A stretch of DNA of 64,000 nucleotides, from NCBI GenBank assembly GCA_963665665.1, contig OY762428.1, positions 3,776,001 to 3,840,000 on the forward strand, read 5' to 3'. The notes under the pieces are model-generated. The model saw only the letters and a list, made by a program, of their open reading frames with translations. It had not been told where the DNA came from and did no database searches. Shown piece after piece: positions 1-10,804 of this stretch. Origin of the DNA: Candidatus Kapaibacterium sp. (GTDB taxonomy: Bacteria > Bacteroidota > Ignavibacteria > Kapaibacteriales > UBA2268). Position 1 is the first letter of the stretch. The number at the start of each line of letters is the position of its first letter. The position numbers were made by a program, and so were the translations under genes.

Positions 1-234
1 GAAACAGCTGGCATTGTATTAACAGATAAGCCGGAAAATGATATTTATCCCATGATATTAAGTGCCGAAGATAAAGATTCTGTATTTATCGGCAGGATAA
101 GAAAGGCTGTTAACAGCAGTAAAGCTCTAAATATGTGGGTTGTTGCCGATAACCTGCGAAAGGGCGCTGCAACTAATGCTGTTCAGATAGCAGAATTGAT
201 AGCAGTAAACGATTTATGGGAATTTGATTTATAA
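1..234 (+). CDS. asd: Aspartate-semialdehyde dehydrogenase, C-terminal part (truncated by window edge)
   Basis: Open frame from base 1; signature VFIGRIR...LNMWVVADNLRKGAATNAVQIAE. Confidence 0.95.
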   Translation, partial: ETAGIVLTDKPENDIYPMILSAEDKDSVFIGRIRKAVNSSKALNMWVVADNLRKGAATNAVQIAELIAVNDLWEFDL

Positions 235-264
235 AAAATAATACGGCAAACATAATGTTGATTT

Positions 265-300
265 AAAAATCCGGTTTTTTTCTTAAACCGGCTTTTTTAT
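265..300 (+). terminator. Rho-independent terminator after asd
   Basis: ccggttt-loop-aaaccgg stem followed by a T-run. Confidence 0.65.
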
Positions 301-722
301 TTTGACAGCATTTATGAATATATATACAATTCAACTGAAGTCAAGTGAATGTTCAGGAAGTACGATTTTCAAATTCATAATAGTTTATATTCAATTAAAT
401 AAGTATTATATTTTTTTAATTTTTATTAATATTTGTAATTATTATCACTACATATTCTTTTATATTGCTATAAACATATATATATTAATAGTTTATATAA
501 TTCAAAAAACAATAAATATTTATAATTTCAATTTAAAGAAATTTTGTAACATTTTTTAAACTTGCAAAAAATACCACAGAAGTTTGTATTTAAGCTGTTT
601 TTTCAATAAATTTATACAATTGATGTGACGATATGTTTTTATTGTTTTTTATTGGTATTACAGTAAATTATTAAAAAAGAAATAAAATATTTGTTTGTAT
701 TAAGTTATCATAAGGAAGGATT

Positions 723-3700
723 ATGAAGCTTTTCAAGACACTCAGTCTTCTAACGGTTTTATTTTTCATGTGCTTCGGCATATCTAAAGCCCAGTTAGGC
801 GGTACCGTAACAGTTGGTACCGGAGGTAATTACACCTCACTTGCTACTCTATTTAGCACAATTCAGTCCAACGGACTGTCAAGCAATCTCGTTATTGAAA
901 TTGTCAGCGACCTTAATCTTGGTACAGCCGGCGCTGAACTGAGAATGTGGACCTATGGCACTTCATATTCAGTAACAATGCGGCCTACAGGCGGCGACAG
1001 GAGAATTTACGGTTCAATATCCGGTACAAAGGGATTGATTGAACTTGCATCAGTCCACAATTTTATAATTGACGGACGTATCGACGGCACTGGTAGCGGC
1101 AGGCATCTGACGCTCGAAAACACATCTACAGGCACTTATGCTGCCCTTGTTTGGCTGCAGAGCGCTGGTTCCAACAACGGCTGCCAGGATATTACTGTTA
1201 GGAATTGTAATTTAATTGGCGGTTCCTATACTTCCAGTTATACAATTGGTATTGCAGGAACAAGCACTACATCACTTTCATCAGGCGGTTATGACCATGA
1301 TGATATCACAATTCATGATAATAGCTTTAAACGCTTGTACTACGCCATGAACATTTATGGCCAGAGTTCAACTCTGACTTATCGCAACGAAGGTATTACA
1401 GTAACTGATAATACCATTGGTTCCGAAGTCAGCTCAGACAGGGTTTACTACTATGGTATTCGTATTTACTACGGAGCTGATGTAGAAATTACCGGTAATG
1501 AAATCTTCAATTTCGGTACTACTTCAGCTTATCCTGTTTACTTGTACTATGTTGACGGGGTAATATTTAATGACAACGTAATGCATGATTTTAATAATTA
1601 TGGCGTTTATTCATATTATCTCTCGGGCGATTGTGAGTTTAACGATAATATGTTATACCAGTCAGAATTAACATCATATAATTTCTATTATGGCCTTTAT
1701 CTCAGGTTCTCATCATCAACATCATATCCTGTTGGAGATATTGAAATCAAGGATAACGATATACAGAATTGCCGTTATTATGGGTTATATGCATATTATG
1801 CAGATGATGCCGATATTTCAGGCAATCATATCCATAATTTTAATTATTCTAATTCCTACCTGGCAGGCATCTATCTCTATTATGCCGATGGCGCTGTATT
1901 GACAAAGAATAGAATTCACGACATTACCAGCACTTATTCAAGTGGTGGCGGTACTTATGGGATCTATCACTATTATAGTAATGATACGAAACTTATTGAA
2001 AACGAGATTTATGACCTGAGTAATACAGGTAACGGAACAACTTACTATTATGGTGTTCATGGTATCAGGATGTATGGTTCAGATAATACAGCCATGTATC
2101 ACAACCTGATATATCTCGACGGTGCTTTTACTGGTAGTGCAACAAGTAAATCCTCGTGTATATTCTTTTCAGGTTCAGCTATCAACGAATGTGACTTCCA
2201 GAATAATATATTCATAAACAGGATGACAGGTGGTACTGCAGAACAGTATATTTATTACCTGTATTATGGCCAGTCAGACTTCGATGAAGTTGATTACAAT
2301 GCCTATGACATGACGGGTGCTACCAATGCTTATTTTGCTTATGACGATGATATGTTCCAGTGGTATAACACACTCGAAGATTTTGCCGGATATAATGGAA
2401 ACGATGCAAACTCAACAGAACGTTACATACAGTTCAAAGCTTATGAAGACTGGCATCTTGACGGCGAAACAGCTACAGACCCGTCAATGAACTGTAATAG
2501 GAAATCAGATGTTATGACTGATATGGATGATATCGACAGGTCGCTTACAACAACTATGGGCCTTGATGAAGTAAGAATGGAAGTTGGAATGGCTTCCGGC
2601 GGTGATATCAACCAGTATGAAGAAAGAATGTGCGACGGATCATCCATAAGCTATTCATTTACAGCCGAAGTAACCGGATTTGCTGATGAGGTTCCCAGAA
2701 CTGTTCCTCCTGCAAAATTCAACTATTCATGGTTCCACAACGATGCATGGATGAATCCTGCCCTTGATCCGAACATGACAGTTGAAGACAACACAATGAC
2801 TGTTGACAACTTTGGCGAGGATTACGAAGGCTGGTACGTTGCCGTGGCTACTCTTGGCGACCTGTCAGTTACATCCAGTACTTCAACAGTTGAAATGGAA
2901 CCTCCGGCAGACTTCACAGTTGAACCGGTTGAATATGCTTCTTCTTGCGAAGACTCAGAACCGATTTACCTTAATGTTGACGCTTCCGGTATCTACGAAG
3001 GATTCCAGTGGCAGAAACAGGACGGCGAAGGCAACTGGAACGATATTGAAGGAGCCACCCGCGATGAACTGATGATCCCTGCAAATGACATTGAAAATGC
3101 AATGGGATTCTACAGGGCAAGGTTTGTAAATCCGAAATGTACTCCTGTCAGAGATTATTCAAATGCAGCAGAAGTTTTCTTCTACGAAAAAGTTAAGAAT
3201 ATTTCAGCAATGTCACCGACAAAAAATAAATTACAGCTCTGCATGGGTGCTGATGCTGAATTTATGGTTACAGCCGACGGTTATGTAACCGGTTATCAGT
3301 GGTATTTCTCTGAAGATGGTGAAAACTGGATAAAAATAAATACACGCAGAAATGAAACAGCCGGTACAGACCACCTTGTTCTTGAAGATCTCGAAGTTAT
3401 GGAATCCGGTTATTATCGCTGTGAAGTTATTGGTAATACACTTTGTAACCCGCAGTCATACCTAAGTAATGCAATTGAAATTCAGGTTTGGCCGATGTAT
3501 GACATCGTTTCACATCCTGAAGGAATGGTTGTATGCGAAGGCGAAGACGTGGAACTTAACTTCATCGGCGACGGTGTTCTCCATGCTATTCACTGGCAGA
3601 GAGACGGCGTTGACATTAACCAGGAAGACAATCCGAGCGCAGGTACTCCTCTGCTCCAGCTTCCTGAACTCAGCTATGAAACATCAGGTGTTTATCGTGC

Positions 3701-4910
3701 ACGTCTTACTATCGAAGACTGCCGCGGTATAATCGACCTTTATACAAAATCAGCTCTTGTTTATGCTCTTACTGATCCTGAGATAGTAAAACAGCCGATG
3801 ACAAAAGCTGCAAACGAAGGCAAAAGTTTATTCTTTGAAGTTCGCGCTCATGTACGCGAAGAAGGCGAACCGATTGAAAGATTCGAATACCAGTGGTATC
3901 GTGGCACAACTCCTCTTGTTGACGACGGTCGTATCGCAGGCGCTCAGTCTTCAATCCTTTCAATAACAAATGTTCTTGCAAGCGATTATGGCAACGATTA
4001 CTCGGTATTCGTTAAGGGCCAGTGCGGCGAAACACAGTCTGACGTATTCTCAATCAATGCAGGCCCGTCAATCAATATTACATTGCAGCCCGTTGATAAC
4101 TCAGAATGCGAAACAGGAAACGCTCAGTTTGTTATCGACGTTGAAGGTAACAACACAACAAGTATTGATTACCAGTGGACAAAAGACGGCGCTGACCTGA
4201 TGGATGATGCACGCATTACAGGTTCTAACTCAATGACTTTCTCAATTGCAGGCCTAATGCCTTCTGATGCCGGTACTTATAACTGTAAAGTTACTGCACA
4301 GCCCGGCGATCTGATGGCTGTAACAGACGATGCAATGATTGAAGTTAAAGACCTCCCGGTTATTACCGGACAGTCTGACGACCTGACAGTTGATGCCAGC
4401 CGTTCATTCAGTATTGAAGTTGAAGCAACAGGCTACGAACCAATGACATACCAGTGGATGCTTGACGGAAACGATATTGCAGGCGCAGTTGACGCTATGT
4501 ACAGCGTAGCATCCGCTACAGTTTCAGACGCAGGTATTTATACATGTAAAGTAATGAATGAATGCGGCGAAGTAACAAGCGCCGACATCCAGGTTACTGT
4601 AAACATGAGTGGTGTGAATGGTGTGAATGATGCAGTTGCAGGCGGATTTGTTCTTCTTGGCAATACTCCTAACCCATTCGATTTCGAAACAGAAATTTCC
4701 TTCGTAGCTCCTTACGAAGCTGACGTGAAAGTTTCTGTTACTGATATGTACGGTAAAGAAGTTGCAGTTCTATTCAACGGAATGGCAACATCAGGACTGA
4801 ACAAATTCAGCTTTAACTCCGGCGATTACAACCTAAGCTCAGGTGTTTATTACTACACAATGACAACACAGGGCTACTCTGTAACACGCAAGATGATCAT
4901 CGTTAAATAA
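723..4910 (+). CDS. Large secreted protein: right-handed beta-helix repeats, multiple Ig-like domains, T9SS C-terminal sorting domain
   Basis: Signal peptide (SKA-Q); Tyr/Asn-rich 'I..N.I.N...YGIY' repeats; repeated YQW...G.Y.C Ig motifs; C-terminal NTPNPF...LSSGVYYY...KMIIVK; AAGGAAGG RBS. Confidence 0.85.
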   Translation: MKLFKTLSLLTVLFFMCFGISKAQLGGTVTVGTGGNYTSLATLFSTIQSNGLSSNLVIEIVSDLNLGTAGAELRMWTYGTSYSVTMRPTGGDRRIYGSISGTKGLIELASVHNFIIDGRIDGTGSGRHLTLENTSTGTYAALVWLQSAGSNNGCQDITVRNCNLIGGSYTSSYTIGIAGTSTTSLSSGGYDHDDITIHDNSFKRLYYAMNIYGQSSTLTYRNEGITVTDNTIGSEVSSDRVYYYGIRIYYGADVEITGNEIFNFGTTSAYPVYLYYVDGVIFNDNVMHDFNNYGVYSYYLSGDCEFNDNMLYQSELTSYNFYYGLYLRFSSSTSYPVGDIEIKDNDIQNCRYYGLYAYYADDADISGNHIHNFNYSNSYLAGIYLYYADGAVLTKNRIHDITSTYSSGGGTYGIYHYYSNDTKLIENEIYDLSNTGNGTTYYYGVHGIRMYGSDNTAMYHNLIYLDGAFTGSATSKSSCIFFSGSAINECDFQNNIFINRMTGGTAEQYIYYLYYGQSDFDEVDYNAYDMTGATNAYFAYDDDMFQWYNTLEDFAGYNGNDANSTERYIQFKAYEDWHLDGETATDPSMNCNRKSDVMTDMDDIDRSLTTTMGLDEVRMEVGMASGGDINQYEERMCDGSSISYSFTAEVTGFADEVPRTVPPAKFNYSWFHNDAWMNPALDPNMTVEDNTMTVDNFGEDYEGWYVAVATLGDLSVTSSTSTVEMEPPADFTVEPVEYASSCEDSEPIYLNVDASGIYEGFQWQKQDGEGNWNDIEGATRDELMIPANDIENAMGFYRARFVNPKCTPVRDYSNAAEVFFYEKVKNISAMSPTKNKLQLCMGADAEFMVTADGYVTGYQWYFSEDGENWIKINTRRNETAGTDHLVLEDLEVMESGYYRCEVIGNTLCNPQSYLSNAIEIQVWPMYDIVSHPEGMVVCEGEDVELNFIGDGVLHAIHWQRDGVDINQEDNPSAGTPLLQLPELSYETSGVYRARLTIEDCRGIIDLYTKSALVYALTDPEIVKQPMTKAANEGKSLFFEVRAHVREEGEPIERFEYQWYRGTTPLVDDGRIAGAQSSILSITNVLASDYGNDYSVFVKGQCGETQSDVFSINAGPSINITLQPVDNSECETGNAQFVIDVEGNNTTSIDYQWTKDGADLMDDARITGSNSMTFSIAGLMPSDAGTYNCKVTAQPGDLMAVTDDAMIEVKDLPVITGQSDDLTVDASRSFSIEVEATGYEPMTYQWMLDGNDIAGAVDAMYSVASATVSDAGIYTCKVMNECGEVTSADIQVTVNMSGVNGVNDAVAGGFVLLGNTPNPFDFETEISFVAPYEADVKVSVTDMYGKEVAVLFNGMATSGLNKFSFNSGDYNLSSGVYYYTMTTQGYSVTRKMIIVK

Positions 4911-4927
4911 TAGCGATAAGATATTAT

Positions 4928-4962
4928 AAAAAAAGCCCCGGCTTATGTCGGGGCTTTTTTTT
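4928..4962. terminator. Bidirectional intrinsic terminator between convergent genes
   Basis: aaaaaaagccccggc-ttat-gtcggggctttttttt. Confidence 0.85.
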
Positions 4963-5051
4963 GCATACTTTCTTCTTTCACGGGGCTGCCTTACTGGCTT
5001 GAGAAACTATTATTTAATAGAACTGAGTCATCTGGCGAAAACCAACATTAT

Positions 5052-7244
5052 TTAGTGAATAAACAGAAGTTCCCTGTATTTTGGCAGCGGCCATATCTCA
5101 TCGTCAACAATTAGTTCAAGTTTGTCAATATGGTAACGTATTTCGTTAAGATATGGAAAGACATTTTCAGAATACATTTTGGCTTTGTTGAAGCTGCCTT
5201 CAATTTTGTTAGCTTTTTTTCTTTCTTCTATCATATCAAACACACCGGATTTGATATTTGTTATGTGGTGGGAAATATTTTTTATAAGATCCATTCTGTT
5301 TCCGGCAAGGTCATTAAATTCTTTATCACATGATGTAACTGACTTTAGTAATTTAATATTCTCCATCAACCTGTTCTGATATTTCACCGCGATAGGTACG
5401 ATATGATTTATTGCCAGATCACCCAATACGCGAGCTTCTATTTGTATCTTCAGGGTGTAGCTTTCGTGCATAACCTCGGTACGGCTGAAAATTTCTCTTT
5501 CGGATAGTATATGCTGTGAAGTAAATAAATCCTTTGCCTCTTTTGATTCGTAGGCGCTGATTGCGTCCGGTACATTGGTAATATTAGTAAGTCCTTTTTG
5601 GGCTGCTTCCTTTTTCCAATCATCACTATAACCGTCACCTTCGAACCTGACGGATTTCGAGGCTTTTATACAATTTCTCAGAGCCTGGAAAATTGCTTCA
5701 TCCTTATTTACCCCGCTTTCCGTCAGTGCCTCCACTTTCATCCTGAATTCATTGAGCTGCTTTGCCACTGCCGTATTCAGAACTGTTATCGGCGCGGCAC
5801 AGTTTGCCGAAGAGCCGACAGCCCTGAACTCAAACCTGTTTCCGGTAAATGCAAAAGGTGAAGTTCTGTTTCTGTCGGTATTGTCAAGAAGGATTTCAGG
5901 AATTTTACCGATATCCAGCTTAAGGGCAGTTTTTTCGTCCGGGGTCATTTTTTTGCTTGAAACCTGTGCCTCTATCTGATCCAGCATTTTGCTGACTTCC
6001 TTGCCAAGGAAGCATGACATGATAGCAGGCGGGGCTTCATTAGCGCCAAGCCTGTGTGCATTGGACGCGGACGATACGCTCGCCCTGATCAGATCCTGGT
6101 TGTCATATACAGCTTTGATAGTATTCACGATGAAAACAAGGAATTGAGTATTTTTCTTGGGGGTTTTGCCGGGTTTGAAAAGATTTACCCCGGTGTTCGT
6201 TTGCAAAGACCAGTTGTTATGTTTGCCGCTGCCGTTAATTCCCTTAAATGGTTTTTCATGAAACAGTACTCTGAACCTGTGTTTGCGAGCAATTCTTTTC
6301 ATCAGGTCCATCAGCAGTGAATTATGATCAACTGCCAGGTTGCATTCTTCAAAAATAGGGGCTACTTCAAACTGGTTCGGAGCTACTTCGTTATGTCTTG
6401 TTTTTATTGGAATGCCCAGTTTGTATGCTTCAATTTCCAGGTGTACCATAAAGTTCTTAACTCTTTCCGGTATCGAACCAAAATAATGATCGTCAAGCTG
6501 CTGATCTTTTGCAGAGGCATGCCCCATAAGTGTTCTGCCTGTCAGCGCCAGGTCAGGCCTTGCATAATACAATGCTTCGTCAATCAGGAAATATTCCTGC
6601 TCCCACCCAAGATTTGCCTGAACTTTTTCTACGTTTTTATCAAAGTACTTACAAACTGCTGTTGCTTCTTTATCTATTGCAGCGAGCGATTTCAGTAACG
6701 GTGTTTTATGATCGAGTACGTCGCCTGTATAGGATATGAATATAGTAGGGATACAGAATGTATTATCAATGATAAACGCCGGGGATGCCGGATCCCAGGC
6801 AGTATATCCCCTGGCTTCGAATGTATTCCTGATACCGCCGTGAGGAAATGAAGAAGCGTCAGGTTCCTGCTGGGCAAGCGCATTACCGTCAAATCTTTCC
6901 ACCACCCTGCCGTCAACGGAATGCTCAATAAAAGCGTCGTGCTTTTCGGCAGTTCCCCCGGTTAATGGCTGAAACCAGTGAGTATAGTGAGTAACACCTT
7001 TATCCAGCGCCCATGCTTTCATACCGATGGCAATTTCATCGGCCATTTTCCTGTTTACAGGTTTGCCGGTTTCAATAGATTCTATTACGTGTTCGTAAGC
7101 AGTTTTCGAAAGATACTTCTCCATTTTTTTCCTGTCGAATACATTTTCAGCAAAATATTCCGATGTCAGGGGGCGGGGCGGCTGTATTTCAACAGCTTTC
7201 CTGTCGAATACTTTATCAAGGGCCTTGAAGCGAAAAACAGACAT
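5052..7244 (-). CDS. glnA: Glutamine synthetase type III
   Basis: 730 aa; THYTHWFQPLTGGTAEKHD, EPDASSFP, HNEVAPNQFE, HEKPFKGINGSGKHNNW, DRNRTSPFAFTGNRFEFRAVG, WPLPKYRELLF. Confidence 0.97.
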   Translation of the reverse strand: MSVFRFKALDKVFDRKAVEIQPPRPLTSEYFAENVFDRKKMEKYLSKTAYEHVIESIETGKPVNRKMADEIAIGMKAWALDKGVTHYTHWFQPLTGGTAEKHDAFIEHSVDGRVVERFDGNALAQQEPDASSFPHGGIRNTFEARGYTAWDPASPAFIIDNTFCIPTIFISYTGDVLDHKTPLLKSLAAIDKEATAVCKYFDKNVEKVQANLGWEQEYFLIDEALYYARPDLALTGRTLMGHASAKDQQLDDHYFGSIPERVKNFMVHLEIEAYKLGIPIKTRHNEVAPNQFEVAPIFEECNLAVDHNSLLMDLMKRIARKHRFRVLFHEKPFKGINGSGKHNNWSLQTNTGVNLFKPGKTPKKNTQFLVFIVNTIKAVYDNQDLIRASVSSASNAHRLGANEAPPAIMSCFLGKEVSKMLDQIEAQVSSKKMTPDEKTALKLDIGKIPEILLDNTDRNRTSPFAFTGNRFEFRAVGSSANCAAPITVLNTAVAKQLNEFRMKVEALTESGVNKDEAIFQALRNCIKASKSVRFEGDGYSDDWKKEAAQKGLTNITNVPDAISAYESKEAKDLFTSQHILSEREIFSRTEVMHESYTLKIQIEARVLGDLAINHIVPIAVKYQNRLMENIKLLKSVTSCDKEFNDLAGNRMDLIKNISHHITNIKSGVFDMIEERKKANKIEGSFNKAKMYSENVFPYLNEIRYHIDKLELIVDDEIWPLPKYRELLFIH

Positions 7245-7277
7245 AACATACTCCTAATAGAAAAAATCAATGTTTTA

Positions 7278-7285
7278 CAAAAATA
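7278..7285 (-). promoter_or_regulatory. Bacteroidota-type -7 promoter element (TAnnTTTG) for glnA
   Basis: TATTTTTG on the minus strand about 34 nt upstream of the ATG; the same motif lies upstream of rodZ (41660-41667), the methyltransferase (26959-26966), rpe (53393-53400) and the small peptide (48845-48852). Confidence 0.55.
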
Positions 7286-7600
7286 GCATAAATTTTATCA
7301 ATACCCTGTAATTACTAAGGGGTAATACGAGAAATTGATGTATTTATTTCCATTCATACCCCTAAAAATTTCATTACATCAATAATATTTGAAATAATTA
7401 TATTTTTTCTATCCTTAATTCAATGAATAAAACAGGTCATAATTTTTGCATCTGATTATAAATTTTACGATATTTACAAATAGGATGCAATCATGGGGGT
7501 ATCCTTAATTAAATTTTTGAATTATTAATATTGCTGATTACTACTGTTATCTTTTAATTGTAAAAAGATGAATTAAATTATTTCTAATATAAATACAGGT

Positions 7601-9757
7601 TTGATGATGAAAAAGATTGTCCCGATCATAATCGCATCGCTGATTTTTGTAGTTAATGCTTATTCAAAAACTGATACCGTGAATATCAAATACGGAGTTT
7701 ACGGAGGAGTTAACCTCAACTTCCACAGCGCTGAATTTTATAAGCTCGATGGCATCCCTAACTGTTGCCAGGGCTTCGAAAACGGAGATGGGCTTGGGTT
7801 TAATGCCGGAATTCTGATTGATTACAGAATTGCCGAAAAACTTTTCCTTGCCGGCAGGCTGGGATTCATGACTCTCGACGGCGAACTTATTCAGGAGGAA
7901 ACAACTGAAATTCACACGCCCGAAGGCCCCGAGCAGGGTATTTTCGAACATCGTTTGACGGGAAAGTTTTTCAACCTGGGTTTTGAACCTGCCGTTATGT
8001 ACAATCCTTTCGGCAGTTTTTATGTATCAGGCGGAATGAGATTCGGAATAAATATGACCTCCGATTTTGACCAGATAGAGGAAATCACCAAACCCGAAAA
8101 ATACGGTACATTCATGGATGAAAATGACAACGATACGCACAGCCGTACCAGGAATGACATTTCCGGCGAAATTCCTAATGCAATTTCATTCCAGATGGCG
8201 CTTCAGGGCGGAGTAAGCTATGAACTCCCGCTGAACAGGGCGAATACTTTAAGGCTGGTTCCTGAATTGCAATACTATTTACCTCTTGGCGAGCTTGTCA
8301 GCGACACGAAGTGGAAGGTTCAGTCGTTAAGGGCTGGCGTGGCTATAAAATACGCGCCTTCAACAAGTCCGGAATTCGAACATATATTCAAACAGGAAAC
8401 AGATATCGATACGGTAGAAATTCCTTCGGATGTTTATGCCGAGGAAACATATATTGAAGGTAAATCAATATCGAGTGTCAATACGGTTGAGGATGGAAAT
8501 ACAATAATTGAAACTGAACTGACCACAAGAATTGATACTATTTATACCCCCGTTAAATATGCGCTTGAAGGCAGAATCAGCGCTTATGGCGTTGACGACG
8601 ACGGCAAAGAGATACCGAATCCGGTGTTCCGCATTGAGGAATTTGTAGCCAACAGGCTGGACCCGCTGCTTAATTATCTGTTCTTTGCCGACGGTTCAAC
8701 GGAAATTCCCGAAAGATATTCGCTGCTTAAAGAAGCCGACACTGATAAATTCTGCATAGACAGCCTTTATAACGAGGAAACACTTGATATTTATTACCAG
8801 ATATTGAATATCATCGGACGCAGAATGCAGAAAAATGCTAACGCGGCTATTACAATAACAGGTTGCAACTCCAATACCGGTGTTGAGAAAGGTAACAAGA
8901 CGCTATCGGCTGCAAGGGCTGAAAACGTTGCCAGATACCTGCGCGATGTATGGGGAATTGACGGATCAAGGATTAGCGTTAAATCCCGCAACCTGCCGGA
9001 GCTTGCATCAACTCCTATCACACAACCCGAGAAAATTGCGGAAAACCGCAGGGTGGAAATTACTTCCAACAATGCAAAAATTCTTGAGCCTATATTTATA
9101 AGCAGGATAGACCGCACCTCCAACCCGCCGATAGCAAGATTCAAAGCTGAGGGCAGCGCCGAAGCAGGGCTCAGAGAATGGTCTATCGAGGCATATCAGA
9201 ATGCTGCCCCGGATGATAAATTCTTTGCAAGCGGAAAAAATACAGTTAAGCCCCAGGTGGACTGGAAAATGGAAAGCATACAGAAAATTATCCCGCGCGC
9301 TGCCGAGCCTGTGATATTTATACTGAACCTGACCGACAAAAAGAACCAGGAAAAACAGGTAAAAGGCAGTACACAGCCAATCGAAGTAATATCGGTGCAG
9401 AAGAAAAGGGCCATGCGCGAAGGCGATTTCGAGATAGAAAAATTCAGCCTCATACTGTTTGGCTTTGATAAATCCGATATCGAGGGAGGAAACCGAGAGA
9501 TTATCAATATGATAAAAAGCAGGATCAAGCCCGGCTCGCAGATTGAAATTAAGGGTTACACCGACCGCACCGGCGACGACGACTACAACAGCAGGCTGTC
9601 CGAACGCCGCGCCACCAGCGCAAAATCCGCTCTTGGCCGCAACGATGCCCAATCAGTAGGAATTGGCGAAGCTGAACTTCTCTACAATAACGAATTGCCC
9701 GAAGGCCGTTTCTACTGCCGTACCGTTGTTATCACGGTAAAGACACGGGTAGAATAG
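7601..9757 (+). CDS. Outer-membrane beta-barrel plus two OmpA-like peptidoglycan-binding domains
   Basis: Signal peptide; amphipathic beta-strands in the N-terminal third; 'LSAARAENVARYL...ENRRVEI' and 'FGFDKSDI...GYTDRTGDDDYNSRLSERRA'. Confidence 0.85.
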   Translation: MMMKKIVPIIIASLIFVVNAYSKTDTVNIKYGVYGGVNLNFHSAEFYKLDGIPNCCQGFENGDGLGFNAGILIDYRIAEKLFLAGRLGFMTLDGELIQEETTEIHTPEGPEQGIFEHRLTGKFFNLGFEPAVMYNPFGSFYVSGGMRFGINMTSDFDQIEEITKPEKYGTFMDENDNDTHSRTRNDISGEIPNAISFQMALQGGVSYELPLNRANTLRLVPELQYYLPLGELVSDTKWKVQSLRAGVAIKYAPSTSPEFEHIFKQETDIDTVEIPSDVYAEETYIEGKSISSVNTVEDGNTIIETELTTRIDTIYTPVKYALEGRISAYGVDDDGKEIPNPVFRIEEFVANRLDPLLNYLFFADGSTEIPERYSLLKEADTDKFCIDSLYNEETLDIYYQILNIIGRRMQKNANAAITITGCNSNTGVEKGNKTLSAARAENVARYLRDVWGIDGSRISVKSRNLPELASTPITQPEKIAENRRVEITSNNAKILEPIFISRIDRTSNPPIARFKAEGSAEAGLREWSIEAYQNAAPDDKFFASGKNTVKPQVDWKMESIQKIIPRAAEPVIFILNLTDKKNQEKQVKGSTQPIEVISVQKKRAMREGDFEIEKFSLILFGFDKSDIEGGNREIINMIKSRIKPGSQIEIKGYTDRTGDDDYNSRLSERRATSAKSALGRNDAQSVGIGEAELLYNNELPEGRFYCRTVVITVKTRVE

Positions 9758-9775
9758 AAAACAGGGATTTAAGAG

Positions 9776-10804
9776 ATGAAAGAAATTCAGGATTATCATA
9801 GCTTTCTTTCTGAAATAAAGAAGAAAATACGAAATGCTCAATACGAGGCATTGAAGAGTGTAAATAAATACTTGATAAGCCTGTATTGGGATATTGGGAA
9901 AATGATCGTTGAAAAACAGAATATTTCAGGCTGGGGAAAATCCGTAGTAGAAAATCTTTCCAAAGATTTGCATACGGAATTCCCTGACTTAAAGGGATTT
10001 TCGGCAAGAAACTTATGGAATATGAAAGTTTTTTATGAAGAATTTAGTTCAAATGAAATTCTGCAACCATTGGTTGCAGAAATTAGCTGGACAAAACATT
10101 TGCTAATAATGGCTAAGTGCAAGGATGTCAGGGAACGGCAATTTTATATTCTTTCCACAAAAAAATATGGCTGGTCAAAAGATGTCCTTATTCACCAAAT
10201 AGAAAACAAGTCATTTGAAAAATATATTCTTAATCAGAATAATTTTGATGAAACTTTGCCTGTTGAAATTCAAAACCAGGCAAAATTAGCGGTTAAAGAT
10301 TCCTATACTTTCGATTTTCTTGAGCTTGGAGGCCAACACTCTGAAAAAGAGCTTGAAATTGAGCTGGTTAGGAATATTCGAAAATTTCTGCTTGAAATGG
10401 GGAACAATTTTGCATTTATGGGAAATCAATTTAAAATTACTGTTGGGGATACTGATTTCTACATTGATTTGCTTCTTTACCACCGTATTTTAAATTGTCT
10501 TGTGGCAGTAGAATTAAAAGTTGGAGAGTTTAAACCTGAATTTAAAGGTAAAATGGAATTTTATCTGAATGTATTGGATGACAAAGTTAAAATTGATGCA
10601 GAAAATGATTCAATTGGCATTATTATTTGCAAGGATAAAAACCGGGCTATTGTCGAATATGCAATCAAAAACTCTAATCATCCAATAGGCGTTTCCACAT
10701 ATAGAATAACTGACAATTTGCCGGAACACTATAAAAATTTACTTCCCTCATCGGAGATTATTGCTGAAAAAATCGAGTTAATATTAAAAGAGAATGATAA
10801 ATGA
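9776..10804 (+). CDS. YhcG/DUF1016 family PD-(D/E)XK nuclease
   Basis: LISLYWDIG, WGKSVVENLSKDL, GFSARNLWNM, KDSYTFDFL, FYIDLLLYH, VAVELKVGEFKPE. Confidence 0.92.
   Translation: MKEIQDYHSFLSEIKKKIRNAQYEALKSVNKYLISLYWDIGKMIVEKQNISGWGKSVVENLSKDLHTEFPDLKGFSARNLWNMKVFYEEFSSNEILQPLVAEISWTKHLLIMAKCKDVRERQFYILSTKKYGWSKDVLIHQIENKSFEKYILNQNNFDETLPVEIQNQAKLAVKDSYTFDFLELGGQHSEKELEIELVRNIRKFLLEMGNNFAFMGNQFKITVGDTDFYIDLLLYHRILNCLVAVELKVGEFKPEFKGKMEFYLNVLDDKVKIDAENDSIGIIICKDKNRAIVEYAIKNSNHPIGVSTYRITDNLPEHYKNLLPSSEIIAEKIELILKENDK

Noticed and set aside
302-559. 85-aa ORF in the AT-rich region
   Set aside because: Low-complexity I/Y/N/F composition and TTG start; typical artefact of AT-rich promoter DNA
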